Origin: Lingula anatina
Lineage: Eukaryota > Animalia > Brachiopoda
Assembly: GCA_051362555.1 (NCBI GenBank)
Contig: CM120640.1
Span: 45,982,788 to 46,046,787 of the forward strand
Reading direction: 5' to 3'
DNA: 64,000 nucleotides
Shown one piece after another: positions 50,929 through 64,000 of the stretch (the stretch's first letter is position 1; each line of letters starts with the position of its first letter). Position numbers and translations under genes: made by a program. Under the pieces are notes generated by a model. That model saw only the letters and a list, made by a program, of their open reading frames with translations. It was not told the origin of the DNA and ran no database searches.

Positions 50929-53900
50929 CTTTTGCCTACCTGAAATAAATGATGTCAAAGCCTGAAGAAGCAAGATGGGTTCATATCAGAAAATAGTAAT
51001 AATAATATACTTAGAGAAATGAGGTATCTAAATTTCTGGGCAAAAACCAACTAAACCATAATTCTATCATTTTCTAATGATAAATTCCCTTTATTTAAAA
51101 GTATGTTGTATTATTGATGAAATGATAAATGATGCCCCTGTTTAGTTGAAGTCCCTCCTCTTTTATGTTTAGTTCCATAAATTCTGCTCTAAATTCAGTG
51201 TTGATTGAATAAAAATAACAGTGTGTCTTGTAGCCTGATGTTTTTAATGATAACATTGTTGATATAAACAGAACAGATGAAGCAACATACCTGTAATAAG
51301 GAACAGTGAATTTTGTTTGTTACAGATTACAACAGCAAGTTTTTGGCCATCACAGCTGCAGCACTTGGTGCACAACCAAACACAATGAGGGCTCTATTTC
51401 TTATTTGCTCAAATACATTTTATTACAACTAATGATTACTCAAACATAATGTTACACAATTTACAGAACACAATGAATTCCACAATGCCATGTGCATGCA
51501 TGCATCTATGTGCTCATGCACATGTGTGTGTATGCAAGTAAAATTTATCAAGCAAGTTTAAGAACTCAGATATTGGACATGACAATTTTTTCTACAGTTG
51601 AATCTGGATGTTACCAATGCAAGATTGCTATGTTGGCATCTCATCCAGACAGATATCCAATCTTCCTGGATACCAGTTTTAAGGGTGACATATGCATTCT
51701 ACACTTTTTATGAAACATACATTTTTTGTTAAGCCCTTTTCCAAGTATACTTGAACTAGCATAACAAATAACAATGCCAATAGTTCATGAGATATTTATG
51801 ACAAGCACATCTCTCCATTTCACCCATTACCAAATTTATCAGGAAAAAACATACACGGGCATGTACAAAAATCCAATAATTCTATCACACCAAAATGTGA
51901 TACATTAAAGCAGCCATTTGCTTCATAATTTCATCACACCATTGTAAGATACATTACAGTCTGCCTAGGGTATAGGGTTAATAAACAGTAAACATGCTAA
52001 CTAAGATCACCAACACACACATATATACACACACAAAATCAGATAAAAAAATAATGAAGCCAATAGTTGCTTCAACATTCCTGTTACCCCAGGTTCAAAA
52101 TCATAACATAAAAACAAAATCCTTAACATCAAATGCAACACCCAGCAAATATAACTGTGGTTACGTGATTGTGCCATTTTACGAACTTTAAAAATGATCT
52201 CTCTTTTGCAACAATTCTTCAGGATTAGCATTACACAAAACAGCCTCTGCTCTAGATATCGATTCCTTTTTTGCAATAGATCTGAGTAATGTGCTCAGGT
52301 GTTTGTTTACAGACATTGGACTCCTGAAAACAATCTTCATGTAAAGATTTACTCAATAGATCTTGTTTTATTTCCACTTCCTATGCTAGCAGTAGAGCAG
52401 TGTGGTATGGATTGATGTCAGAGCCATGCAAACTAAGACTGTTTTAGACTAACTCAAGGCAGTTGACAGACAGATTGTACCCATATTCTAGTCTATGCTC
52501 ACGATACAAAAGCAAATTTTCATCCATGCTAAAGAAAATATACTTTGGCTTAAGGGTATCTTAAGCCTTTATTATCATCTAGATACTAAAAATGAGGTTC
52601 TTCCTGCATCTAATTATTTAGTAATGCATCTATTTTTGTGCCGATTTAAAACAAAAATGCCCTCGAAAATATAAAATATCGGCGTTCATATTTCTCGTTG
52701 CAATGTATAAGCACAGGGTGTTACTTCATCCCTTAACAAAATTTTATGAAAATTGGCATAATTGACCGGGAGTGTATGGGCTACAATCCCGTGCTGTAAT
52801 GTAGTTATGTGCCCCTAACTACAGATTTTCATTTAAAAAAGGCATTATTTTGCTTTTCAGTGATATAATCTGAACTAAACCTTTTAAGAATAATCGCTGG
52901 CAGGGTTCTGAAATACTAAATGGTGTCATTAAATTGGCATTAAAACAACATTGGTGGGTGCTCAGGTAAAGGAGAAATTTGAAAAACTGATTTTTCAATT
53001 TTTACCCCAAAATTGCAGTAATGATGTTGCCCCTAAGACGACATGTTGATTAATTCAGTCACTGACCACTAAAGATTTATCTGTTATCCAAAAGAATGTG
53101 TTACGCAGTAAGTTTTTGACAAAGACTAACAATATCCTAAAGAGAATATGGAATATTTAGTCATATCTGGTCATTAAACATTTGAGGAGAAAAAAAGTTA
53201 CTTGGCAAAAGCAAATACTTCAAAAGCACTAGCTTAGTTCTATGTACCTCACCTAAGATATTTGCACAGTAATTGGGTCTCTTGAATGCTAACACAGGTT
53301 CCACAGTATGACCAAGATATCTAATTGTATTCAAGCTGTCTACTATGTATACTTCACAGAGTTTGTCTTAAAGCAGCTTAAGGTAGCCCATTTCATTCCA
53401 GGGCCTAATTAGTATACAATATCTCATTTGCAAAGAACATACTTCAAGAGTGGATTATTGGAAGAAATCCCTCTGACTTTGCATAGTTCCAATTCCAAGT
53501 CAACTGATTATACAATTTAACTTAACTACACTTAATTCAATAGCATTCGATTGAATAGACAGTTGGAAATAATGTGCAGATGAAGTCAGCAATGTATCAC
53601 TAAATATATATACCAGGATTGAGAAATGTAAAGCCGACATTGTAAGGGCACAACAGTCCATGGATAAAGTGATGAAAATATTCCAAAAAAAGTATTTTCC
53701 ATTAATAATTTGCATACTTTATCTTTAAGTTCCTAAATTGAGCAAGATTGCAATTTAAACAATTGCTCATTAATTATATCCAACCTACACAAAAGATGAC
53801 CCCAATACATACTGACTTTAAATAATTAATAAGTATTTGTTTCCTGAAAACAAATATTGTAAGCAGGTGTGGTAGAACAAATGAGTTGTCCTGAAGTTTA

Positions 53901-54547
53901 AGGTTGCTACTCACTCATGCATTTTTAATTACCCGTATTGGCAAGTTCTGCTTGATGTGGTAGGACAATTTGTCATGCATTATTAGCTGAAAACTCAATT
54001 GCCTGCTCACTGGCAAGCTTTCAATTAGTAACTTGTTGCCTGTTATTTTTTCTACAGAATAAAAAATGATCAAAAGCCACACAGTAACACAACCCAAAAA
54101 CTTCAGGTGCTACTATTTTCACAAAAATCCACAGGTGTGTTCTGACTGACAAATAGAATTACATCAGTTTAGGTCTAAATAATGACATCAGACATCTAAA
54201 TTTCAGGATAATTATTTATTTTTATTATTATTTATTTATTTATTTATTTTTTTTAAACTGTCAAAACTACAGTGTGGTCTCATTTAGAATGCAAAAACAA
54301 CAGTTTTCTGATGTTTCCTAGGGTCAACAGTCAATTTCTCCTACTTAATTACAAAACACATACCAAATATATTTTTTCTACAAGAAAAAAAATAATATGT
54401 GCGAAGAAAAAAAATCTCATTTCCTCAAAATTAGGCTTGGTCCCACTCATTAACCAACTCATCAAAATCCAGCTTTAGACTATCTTTTGGTTTTAAGTTT
54501 TTAGACGCAGCCAGCCCAAGCTCCTGTGTGCTCTCCAGTGTGTATTA

Positions 54548-54760
54548 GACCCCATTCCATAGATTTTAGATCGATCTATCCCTGTGGGGAGTCTCACTAG
54601 ATTACTGTCAGCTTAGCTGGCTTAAGCGTCTGTCCCGCCTACTATAAGCTGTAAGGGGGTAATTAACTATGGTGCGCTGCAATTTAGCGTGAACCCCCAG
54701 GGAGTTTGGTCAATCTAAATCTAAATCTCTGGATCAACCTAAATCTCTGGGAATGCACCC
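54548..54760. mobile_element. MITE family B, copy 2, with TTA target-site duplication (PIF/Harbinger-type)
   Basis: TTA|GACCCCATTCC...GGAATGCACCC|TTA; near-identical to 30236-30434. Confidence 0.82.
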
Positions 54761-56296
54761 TTAGACTACAACAAGCATAGACAGCATGCTACCACTACTG
54801 AACAATATAAACAACTGATTGTTCCACTGTTTAAAGAGTACATCAGGTTTAAAGAAATATTGGTGCTTAGCACACACACCTCTGCATGCAAGCTGGCAAT
54901 CAGCTGATGAACTTCATTTGCAATATTTTCTGGGTGACAGCTGATGGCTGCCACTGTGTTTCCACAGCATTCAGAGTATATTCAGAGATAAAGGAAAAAC
55001 TTGAAATGTTTTGTTAACAATAGTAAATCCATTGCATTGAATTGGACTGCAAGGCACTTTACCATTTAGGTACAATCTATGGTTACGGAAGCTCCCATTT
55101 GGTGTAGACAGCTTAAAATACAATAATGGGTTTAATCATTCTGTTATCTGGTGGTTCAGAATTCATTTATGTAGGAACATTCTGAATGTCGGGGTCTATT
55201 GGAAACTTATACCACTATAGCCAGCACATGTATGCTGTTTCCAATATCTTAGTGTATATTCTGGGTGGAGTTTATCACCCACAGAGTTCTGAACCTCTGT
55301 CTACAAATACACTTGATATTGACAGATAAACTGAATATTTCATAAAACAAAGTGAATTTGCTCAATACTGTCATAATACCCCCTGATATTTTTTTCTCAT
55401 CTATCCGACTTGATCTCTCCAAGTTTCATGGGTAACTAGAAACTCTAACAACTATTATCAATATGCCTTTGCCTTTTCCAATAAGGTAATGGGACACTAT
55501 CAAAATCAGCAGAGGCACTGAGAGTTGCAAGTTAGTTTCCAATAATCTCTGGTACACAGGGTGGACTTGCCTGGCAAAAAAAAAAAAGTACAGACCAACA
55601 TAAAAAATAGATCACAGATTTCATAAAGCATTTTTGATTGTTCCTCCACATTTGTCAACACACAAATGCATTTATTTCCTGTGCTATCTAATAAAACTTC
55701 ATTAGACAGTATTTGCCATTTATGAAGATGCCAACAGATTAAATGTTCATACCAACACATTATTCAAGAGTGCTTGGCCACTTTCAGCCCAGTTTTCACA
55801 AAAATAACTGTTCTAGGACTAATTCAGGAAGAAGATTGCTCTAGAGCACATAGTGAACATGTAATCCCTGAGGCAAGCAGTTAGCACAGTGAGCAGGTGG
55901 AGCTAGGGGTAAATGAGGGATAACATAACAGCCCAGAACTAACCCACTGTATTCAAACTGGACAAACACATTATCAGGAGTAAAACTAAGAACCATTTTT
56001 GTTAAAACACTAGATGGGACCTTCTGATTCTACCACCCATTGTAAACTGCGAGTTCATCTGAAACGGGTAAAATATGGCAGCGTCTTCAGTTTTACTGAA
56101 AATGACTATGATGAAAATGTGATGTCATCCAGAAGCATACTTTCAGTTATAATATTCCACAATTCCATTAACGGCATTTATTACTTAAACCCATTTGTTT
56201 TTTATGCCTTACAGTGAAAATACACTTGAGAACAAAATGAAATTCATTTTCACAACGTGTAGGACGGGCACAAGTATGAGGTTAAGCATCTCTTAA

Positions 56297-56562
56297 GGAC
56301 CGTTCCCATAACCCTATTGTACTACCTGGATAGATCTAACTCGACAGGATTCTCGCTAAATTGCATTCAGTGTAAGCAGCTAAATATTGTCTTGCACGCC
56401 TACACAAGCTGCTAGGAGGTATTAAACAATAGTCAATCCCCCCCCCCCAGTTACTCGAGGGGGCATACCAGACAATTAAGTTGATTACACTGAAAGCACT
56501 TTAGTGAGAAGCCCTGCAGAGTAAGATCGATCCAGCTAAAATGATGGGTTTATGGGAACGTC
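56297..56562. mobile_element. MITE related to family A
   Basis: TIR GGACCGTTCCCATAA / TTATGGGAACGTC with TAA/TTA flanks; long imperfect foldback including CTGGATAGATCT/AGATCGATCCAG. Confidence 0.7.
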
Positions 56563-59500
56563 TTACTAAATGTGATAGGCAGTTATAATATGTTGCACTT
56601 CAAATTCCATTTCAACCTATTTCATGAATTTATTTAATGCTCCCTCACCATTTTCAGGTGCATTTCTATAAGTTTCATGGGTCAATACTTCATAAATTCC
56701 AAGCAGAAAGTAAAACACATAGTGATCCCCCATACCTTTTATGCTTCACTTCCATCATGTTTAAACAGTGCTGACAGTAAGATCAGTTTTGTTCCCTGCC
56801 CCGAGACTGAATATAGCAAGCTATCAATCTTTATTCAATCAATACACCTGATAAGCATGGTCAAATTCTATCAGACAGCAAATAAATAATCTTCAATAAA
56901 TGCTCTAGGGCAACCCTTCCAGTCATGTAATTTGATGATTTATTAGTTAGATTTTTGATGCATTAGTCAGGATAGTCACTTCTTTCTTAATGTCTTTGAC
57001 ACAAAAGACATAAAATTCACACTACTAGTAGTAAGTGCATTAAAAAAATAACCACTGCCTGCTCTTCGTATTTGCATTTGAATCTATTGCCTGACTTCCA
57101 ATCTGTGCTAATCTAATTCTCAAAATAATGCATCATTATTACATAGTTATTAATCAAAGAGACTCCAAAAAGTATTTCCAAATGGCAAGCTTCAGGTGTA
57201 AAAAAGAAATACAATGCTACATACAAGTCCAATATCTGTGAAACATAAACATGTCCACTTTCAATAGTGTGTTCTTTATCTTTTATGGCAATGTTTTCAT
57301 TTGCCTTTTATGGCTATGAACAAAACGCATAACCAACCAGTTCAGAAAAGTAAATCTATTTATGTTACACACGCACAAGCACCTAGTTCCTTGTTTTTCC
57401 ACATGCTTGAATTATTAAACATGCTATACATGCACTGCCTATCTGCTTCTATTGTGTAACTATCATCTGCTCCTTTCATGTTTATCTCATCCCCTTTGTT
57501 TTCTGGAATGTTATTTAACCCATTATCAAACCCCCTAACCAAAAGGCGAGGCATCCATTTCATAGCAGTTACATCACTGGTATCCTGGAAAAGCATCATT
57601 GATATGATAACAGTTGTGTTGGGTGACATTTGCCAAGGCTCTAATCTATGGATTAATAACAGAAATGTCGCGGCATAACACCAAACTAAATATGTCAGTT
57701 TCTCGGTGGCAAGGTTCTAAAGGGTGGATAAGTGCAATATTTTGATTGGATCTTGCAGAAAAATCTTTATGAAAATAAATGAACATTGTGGCCACCAGTG
57801 GTGAATAGGTATAATATGTGTAATAAGCTTGTGATCTGAAAGATATCTAGGAAAGCATTATTGCATTTCATGTCACTGTTGCCAATATGGAGAAATTTCC
57901 AAAGCTGTATTGCTCTGTTGTGACAACTTCATCAGATTGCAAATTTTCTATAGATTTCTTCGGAATATGTGACAATTCAATTTTTCCCCGTTTTCACAAA
58001 AGATTCTAGACAACTTAACAATTTAGATTCAAACCCAATTTCCTTTTCCCAAAATGATCTTTTATAACACATCTGTGCTATATCATACAAATCCTTTGAA
58101 GAAAAAAGGTTTATGCCTTAAATGATTCACAGATTGGCAACCTTTCAATACTATTTTTTTAGAAAGGAAGAAGGCTTCATATCTACCTGTATAAGACCTC
58201 AGTCATTAAGGTGTTAATTAAAAGATTTGATTTATTGTTAAGTGAAACCACTTGCTCTACAAAATTGAAAGATAAAACAATGACACATCAGAATGAGAGA
58301 GATGGAAATGATGTTTCAAAGCTGGTTTTAATATTGAGCTCCTGGGCTGCCACACAATGGCCAACAGCTTATCTACCAGTTGGCAGCTTTTATTACCCCT
58401 GCTTCAATTCCAAGAAAAAAGTGCGTATACTTTTACACCAGCAAATTTTTGCACACAAATTGCTTTTAACCTGGTCTCTCTGCAGAAAAAAAGCTCCACC
58501 TCCATACATTCTTCAGTCAGGGAAAGATTTAACATAAGAGGCAAAATTTTCCTTCCTTGTGTTTAGTCTATCTTCACCAATCTAATTCCACTGAAATGAA
58601 AGGCTTATTAATATTTTACCCCACAATTGAGGTAATTTGGAAAATCTATAATTGAGAGCTAATACATTTCTCCATGACAAAAATAGAAGAATTGTTCTTT
58701 CATCTCTGAAGACTGTATTGCCATTGGAAATAGATAAGCTTTTTTGCAGTCGAAACAAGAAATAATAATTATTTGCTTTATCCAGGGGTCTCAGTTATAC
58801 ATGAAGGACTGACATACTTTATTTGCATCCACTGACCATGTGACTTAAGTGTATTTCTGCCCTCTGACGACCCTTCGTTCCTTTTACGACAAAATGAAAC
58901 TTTCACAATAATCTACCACGTGTAAATAGCATATATCATTAAAAAGACCGCTTGAAATTTTCTAATCTCTTATGTAACAGCTTTCAGTTAATGCTGTTAA
59001 TATTCAGCAATGAGGCATTCTCAGAGGTTTGTGTTCATTGAAGTTGCCAAGAGCAAACCACCATCAAATTATTCTCACAGTTAAAGACCAGATTTGTAAG
59101 AAATGCCCCTACAATGAAATCCAATACACTGATCAAACTGGTTTCCAACAATGGGTGTAAATTCAATCAAGAAGGAATTAGCAGACTAATAAAAAGAAGA
59201 TTAACTGTGCAAACAGGTAAAGGACTTTTGAACAAATAAATCTGACCTTAAACATTCAAACTTGTATGGTGTTAAAACTAAATCCTCTCAAATATCTTCG
59301 GGCAACGATTATATATGGCCTACATCATTTCTTAACTGCCAATTGTAAACAAATGTACATGAAAAACACCCATGCTTGTACAGAAAATAGCTTTTGTTGA
59401 CAAGAAACTTTGACACTAATATATATCATTTTTACTGGTTAGGCAATTAATGAGTGTTTTGATGTGAACTTACAAAAAATTTAAAAATCATAAAACAGAG

Positions 59501-60454
59501 ATTCAAATTTTGTATCAACTGATTGCACAAGATTTGTCCCTTCTTCCTCCACTCTGCAAGTCACTGACCTATCTGGCTATAACTTTTTGATTCACTTTTG
59601 ATAATTTTTTCATAAAAAATAATAAACTGTCTTAGTGAATGATCAAGGTACAGCTAGCTGTGTAAAGGTGGTCACACAGTAAGCTATCTGTGAGAATTTG
59701 AAGCACACATAAGAACTCATAACAGAAAGCCCATTCCACCTACAGGGTCCAGATGCCTGTCACCACAATTACCAAGGTAAATTTGAAAGGTATTATGTCA
59801 CATTTTAGTACATGTGCCTGACAAGTACATGTAGCTTATACAAGCATGCATCTCCTACAGTGAACTTATATGCCGACTTCAAAGAGCAGGATCCAGGATT
59901 TTTAAATCTTGCCATCTTGCCTAGAGCAACACTGAATTTTGCTAAATACACCTGCATCTACCTGTATTCTACATGTTTTGGTGCATAATTGAATTGATAC
60001 TCACTCATTTTAATCCACTGGCTCAACCAAGCCGGGGCCCAGTTTAAAAGCAGTGTCACCAACTCGTGCCAAGGCATGAATTTGTATACATAAAAAGATT
60101 CAACAATTCACAGGATGAAAGAAGTATATGTATGCTGATATTACATGGCATTTGAGTGATTATCCAACGAGGCCTGTGTGCTGTCGCCACATTTGTTGCA
60201 AGGTTACTGCTGCAGGTTCATCATTCACTTTGTTGGTGACAATTTACCGCCCATTATTATCTGACAAATCAATAACTCAGCTAGCACTCCATAATCACAC
60301 GTATGTCCTTTTTCTTCAACACTGAATGTTTGAACTGACTGCTTCACAGCTCAGCTTATTTATACATGCTGGCAGGCGCTCACTCTCAGTTACACTGTTG
60401 GTATTGTATTTGCCATCAACTGCTGGGGACCTAATATGTGGGCAGTCCTGCACA

Positions 60455-60473
60455 CTAGCGCCATCTTGTTGCA
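60455..60473 (-). promoter_or_regulatory. CTCF/YY1-like motif in a PTP intron
   Basis: Minus strand reads TGCAACAAGATGGCGCTAG, close to the CTCF core (CCAC[C/T]AG[A/G]TGGCGC) and containing the YY1-like AAGATGGCG; motif match only. Confidence 0.35.
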
Positions 60474-61466
60474 GTGCTATTTACCATAGTTCCTCTGGTG
60501 TTTTGTTTTTTAGTTTTTTTTCGAGAAAAATTAATAGTCACTAATAATCAATTAACAATCACTAAGCACAAACTGGTGGATATCTACAGAAAATTTCATA
60601 AACAACATGTTTATACTACTTCAATAAATAGAAGTTTACACATGACCAAGACATATATATCGGAATGTATAATACAGTATGATATTTCAGCTCTGAGCAC
60701 AAGAAGTGACATTATTTTCAGATGTATGTTAGCCCTATATAAACACAATCATAAATTCTTATGAACATAAAACCATGCAAAAGGGATGATTTTTTAAAAA
60801 CATATTTCAATGAGAAATTGTTTAAGCATTCACAAAAGTAAGGCAATCACTCAGATTGGTGCATGTTGTTCCAAATGTAAAAATAAAACATTTTCTGTAA
60901 ACCTTTGCCACAACAGAGTAACCATTACTGTACAACTTGCAATGGTGTTAAACAGGAGAATCTCCCTATCCAATAGCAATCTGGATTTAAATTTTTTTAA
61001 AACTTAATAATATAAAAGTTACGTAAAGTGCTAATTCCATTATATATTTTTTCACAAATTTCTAATCATCTGGTACTGAAACTATCCATAATCCTTATCC
61101 TTAATGAAATAAGATTTCCTTTAAAAAAATCTAGTGCAGATACAGTGTAGGTATTATTTCTACAGTGCATGTATGCTTATACAATGGGCACTAGTTCACA
61201 AGCGGGTATAAACAACACTGACAATGAGTGATAATTTAACATTCACTAAATGGTAAACATGTGAAATGTTATTATTATTTTTTTGTATGTGTGTGTGTGT
61301 GGAAATGGGTACATATATGTGAAAATAGGGGCAACAGTCCTTTCATTAAACTCTTACAGTGCAAACATCCTGGCAGGAAGACCAACTTGGCAGTTATCAA
61401 ATTTCAATTAGTGAATTCATGTTTTACGTAATTAAATAGTTCATTTTGATGCAAATGACAACATAC

Positions 61467-61531
61467 CTTTACGTTTCCTCTCTCGCTGCAGTTTTCTCTT
61501 ATGACGTTGTTTGGGGGACATTGCTCTTTTC
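61467..61531 (-). CDS. Ptp36E: Ptp36E-like PTP, first in-window exon (polybasic KRAMSPKQRHKRKLQRERKRK; possible start ATG at 61521)
   Basis: ctttttcag|...|gtatgt, 65 nt; ends in phase 1, matching the phase-1 start of the 44546 exon. Confidence 0.7.
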
Positions 61532-62225
61532 CTGAAAAAGAAAGTATCAAAAATTAATTTGGTTCAACTCTCTCTCTCTACCCAAAGAACAGTTTGTGGG
61601 AGATACAGGTAAATGCAATCACTTTGTCTCAGAAAGTGACAGTCTTAAAGTTTCAAATACTTCAGCAAATTTACACATTCTTGTGTACATAGAGATTTGA
61701 ATAACAGTCCCATTTTGCTTCACAATGCTGTAATCATTCTTTAAAATAATGTTGATAAAGCTGACATGATTGAGGGCAGTGTTCTGAATTTGCTATCATT
61801 ACTAACGTGTTCTAAATAACATGTAAATCTATATCTAAAATATCACAATTTGGCTGCATAGAGTAGGCTCATCTTTGAGAGATTAAACCCTGTTTTGTTA
61901 ATTTTTATTCCTCATCAAACTAAGGAAATGTATCTTACTTTGTTGACTAGAAACTCTTTCAAATAAAAAATAGTAACAAGGGCACATTAATGAATAATCA
62001 TACTCATAAATTAACTTATTAATCAGTTCATGAAAAATGTTCCTTGCCTTATATAATGGAGAGTAGCAAGGAGCAAGATAAGGAGAGTCAAGCCTATCCC
62101 TGCTCCCCAGGTTACTGCAGCCTCACTGCTGGGCGACACATCAAGAGTGGTCGGAGAATCAACTGGAATTATGACAAATGATAAAAAATTGGGCACAGAA
62201 TAACATTAATGTGTGGCTTCTCAGC

Positions 62226-62368
62226 GGGGGCGTCTCGATAGTCCGAAGGTTCATTGGTCCGAAAAACGGTAACATTTTTATCGGTTTTTTAATCAAGGGT
62301 TCATTGGTCCGAAGGTTCTGTAGTGAACATTCGGACCAATGAACCTTCCGACTATTGCTATGGCCCCC
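62226..62368. mobile_element. Small MITE with 8-9-bp TSD and repeated GGTTCATTGGTCCGAA motif
   Basis: TTCTCAGC|GGGGGC...GCCCCC|TTCTCAGC; the motif occurs twice direct and once inverted (TTCGGACCAATGAACC). Confidence 0.85.
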
Positions 62369-64000
62369 TTCTCAGCACCTCAGGCAAGTGACACAAACAC
62401 ACACACACTCTTTTTTTTTTTGCAAAGAATAAATTATCTTTTCTTTTTTTATCTTGTGTTTAAAAAAATTGTCAGGATTATTACCCAGCATGCTTGATAT
62501 AATCACCATAGACTCATAAGCCGTGATAGTAAGAAAATATTATTCTTATGCTTATTTAACCGCAGATAGGCAAGCACGTAAAAGCTTTTACACTTAATAT
62601 TATGGAAATTAGAGATACATGCAAGTTCCCTGCTGTTGAAGAATTTCAGGCATGTTATACTTTTTTACTTACTGACATAGGCTCATGAATAACTTTAGTT
62701 AGCTAGCTACAGAAAGGCATATAAACATATACATATGATATTTTGTAGCTTGGGTGCTTAGGATCACAAGATCTGAAAGCATTAACTATAGTAATATGTG
62801 CAATTACAGATGTCATTGCACATATTGAATAAACTTCTATTTACGATGACTTATGTAAGTTGTGTAGATTATGTAGAGGGTTGGATTAGGCATATACTTA
62901 TTTGATAATATACAATAATATATTCACTTTTAGTGTGGACGACTTTAAAGACCTTAGCACAGAAGGATGAGAGGCAAATATTCAGTCAATAGGGGTGGAA
63001 GATGAAAATTACATGTAAAAGAATATAGGTAAGAAAACAGGTCAGTATAGGAGAATGCATAACAAAAAGAAAAGCAGCAAAAATCAGTAACTGGAAGAGC
63101 TGAGCAAATTGAAAAACCTCTGAGGCAAAGGCAGCATTGTCAAGACATGCCAAGAAGATGTAGCCTTTGTAGAACTAATCTCCATAGTAACTGCTAATAA
63201 GATTTTGATTAAAAAGAAAAGAGATTTGCCCTTGTTCGACTTGTTTGACTACTTGACTTATTGTTGTAAGCTGACCCCTTTCCCTGTGGAGAATTACCTA
63301 ACCTCAAGAGAAGCACCATTAGTTGCTCCATTACATATAATAATGCTTTTGCCTGAATCCATTTACATTATGAAGTAAAATGCTTCACTGCTAATAGCAC
63401 TTTCCAGGAAAAAATACAGTGCATCATAAATATAATCATTAACAAAGAACATGAATTTCCGGTGTCATCTCCTTCAGCCCAAAGATCCTGACTTTATCAA
63501 AAACAAGACATGGGGACTTAATTGCTTCAGTTCTCGTGTCTGACACACAAACACCTGCCCTTACTGAAGATTAATAATGTCATCATTATCACAAACTTTG
63601 AAGGTATCTTAATCTGAGAAATATACTTTTGTTTACAAACCGTGTATATTGATTGCCAAAAGCAAAATACTTACTGCAACACCTCAATATTTTTAAACAT
63701 TTTTTTTTGAAAAGTTAAAAAATGTAGCTCTGTTTTTAGATGTGATTTGTAGAGAAATACAAATGTTAAAAGAAACACGCACATAAGCCTTGAGATAAGT
63801 TTCACTTGCCAATTACGCAGAATTTTATTTTGTAATTATAACTTCTCAAAAATGGAGAGTTTTGCTTACCCTAACACTGCATGCCGAGTGTATAGTGTGC
63901 AATGCAGCTTTTTATGAACTTGTCAATGTCCCAACCAAGCACATTTAACACAACTAACACACTTGGTAACAAAGTGCTTTGAACTTCTTTAAATTTGCAC

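Noticed and set aside
52550-53040. TTAAGGG-starting block resembling a Kolobok-type non-autonomous element (similar impressions at ~2915-3260 and ~11020-11200)
   Set aside because: No convincing paired TIR found; resemblance only

Overview
AT-rich, intron-rich animal genomic DNA, not prokaryotic; a lophotrochozoan such as a mollusc is my inference from the gene and repeat content. Three genes are supported. (1) A single-coding-exon GPR19-type class A GPCR (1350-2465, +). (2) A MyD88/IRAK-type death-domain ORF (6917-7354, +) with no recognisable TIR domain in the window. (3) A ~48-kb minus-strand tandem-domain tyrosine phosphatase gene (61531 to 13286), reconstructed by hand as 17 phase-consistent GT-AG exons, with motifs matching the invertebrate Ptp36E subfamily. 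The phosphatase has degenerate catalytic loops in both domains. It also carries a homologous alternative terminal exon (15485-15550) and a candidate 39-nt in-frame micro-exon (19470-19508), neither visible in the ORF track. Introns and intergenic DNA hold many non-autonomous DNA transposons: PIF/Harbinger-type MITEs (two retaining a transposase-like N-terminus), elements with 5-bp and 8/9-bp TSDs, decayed Tc1 copies, a Helentron/HINE-like element and a LINE remnant. A 67-bp copy of GPR19 coding sequence sits among TE fragments. No CRISPR array, rRNA or tRNA was seen. All homology calls rest on recalled motifs, not database searches.
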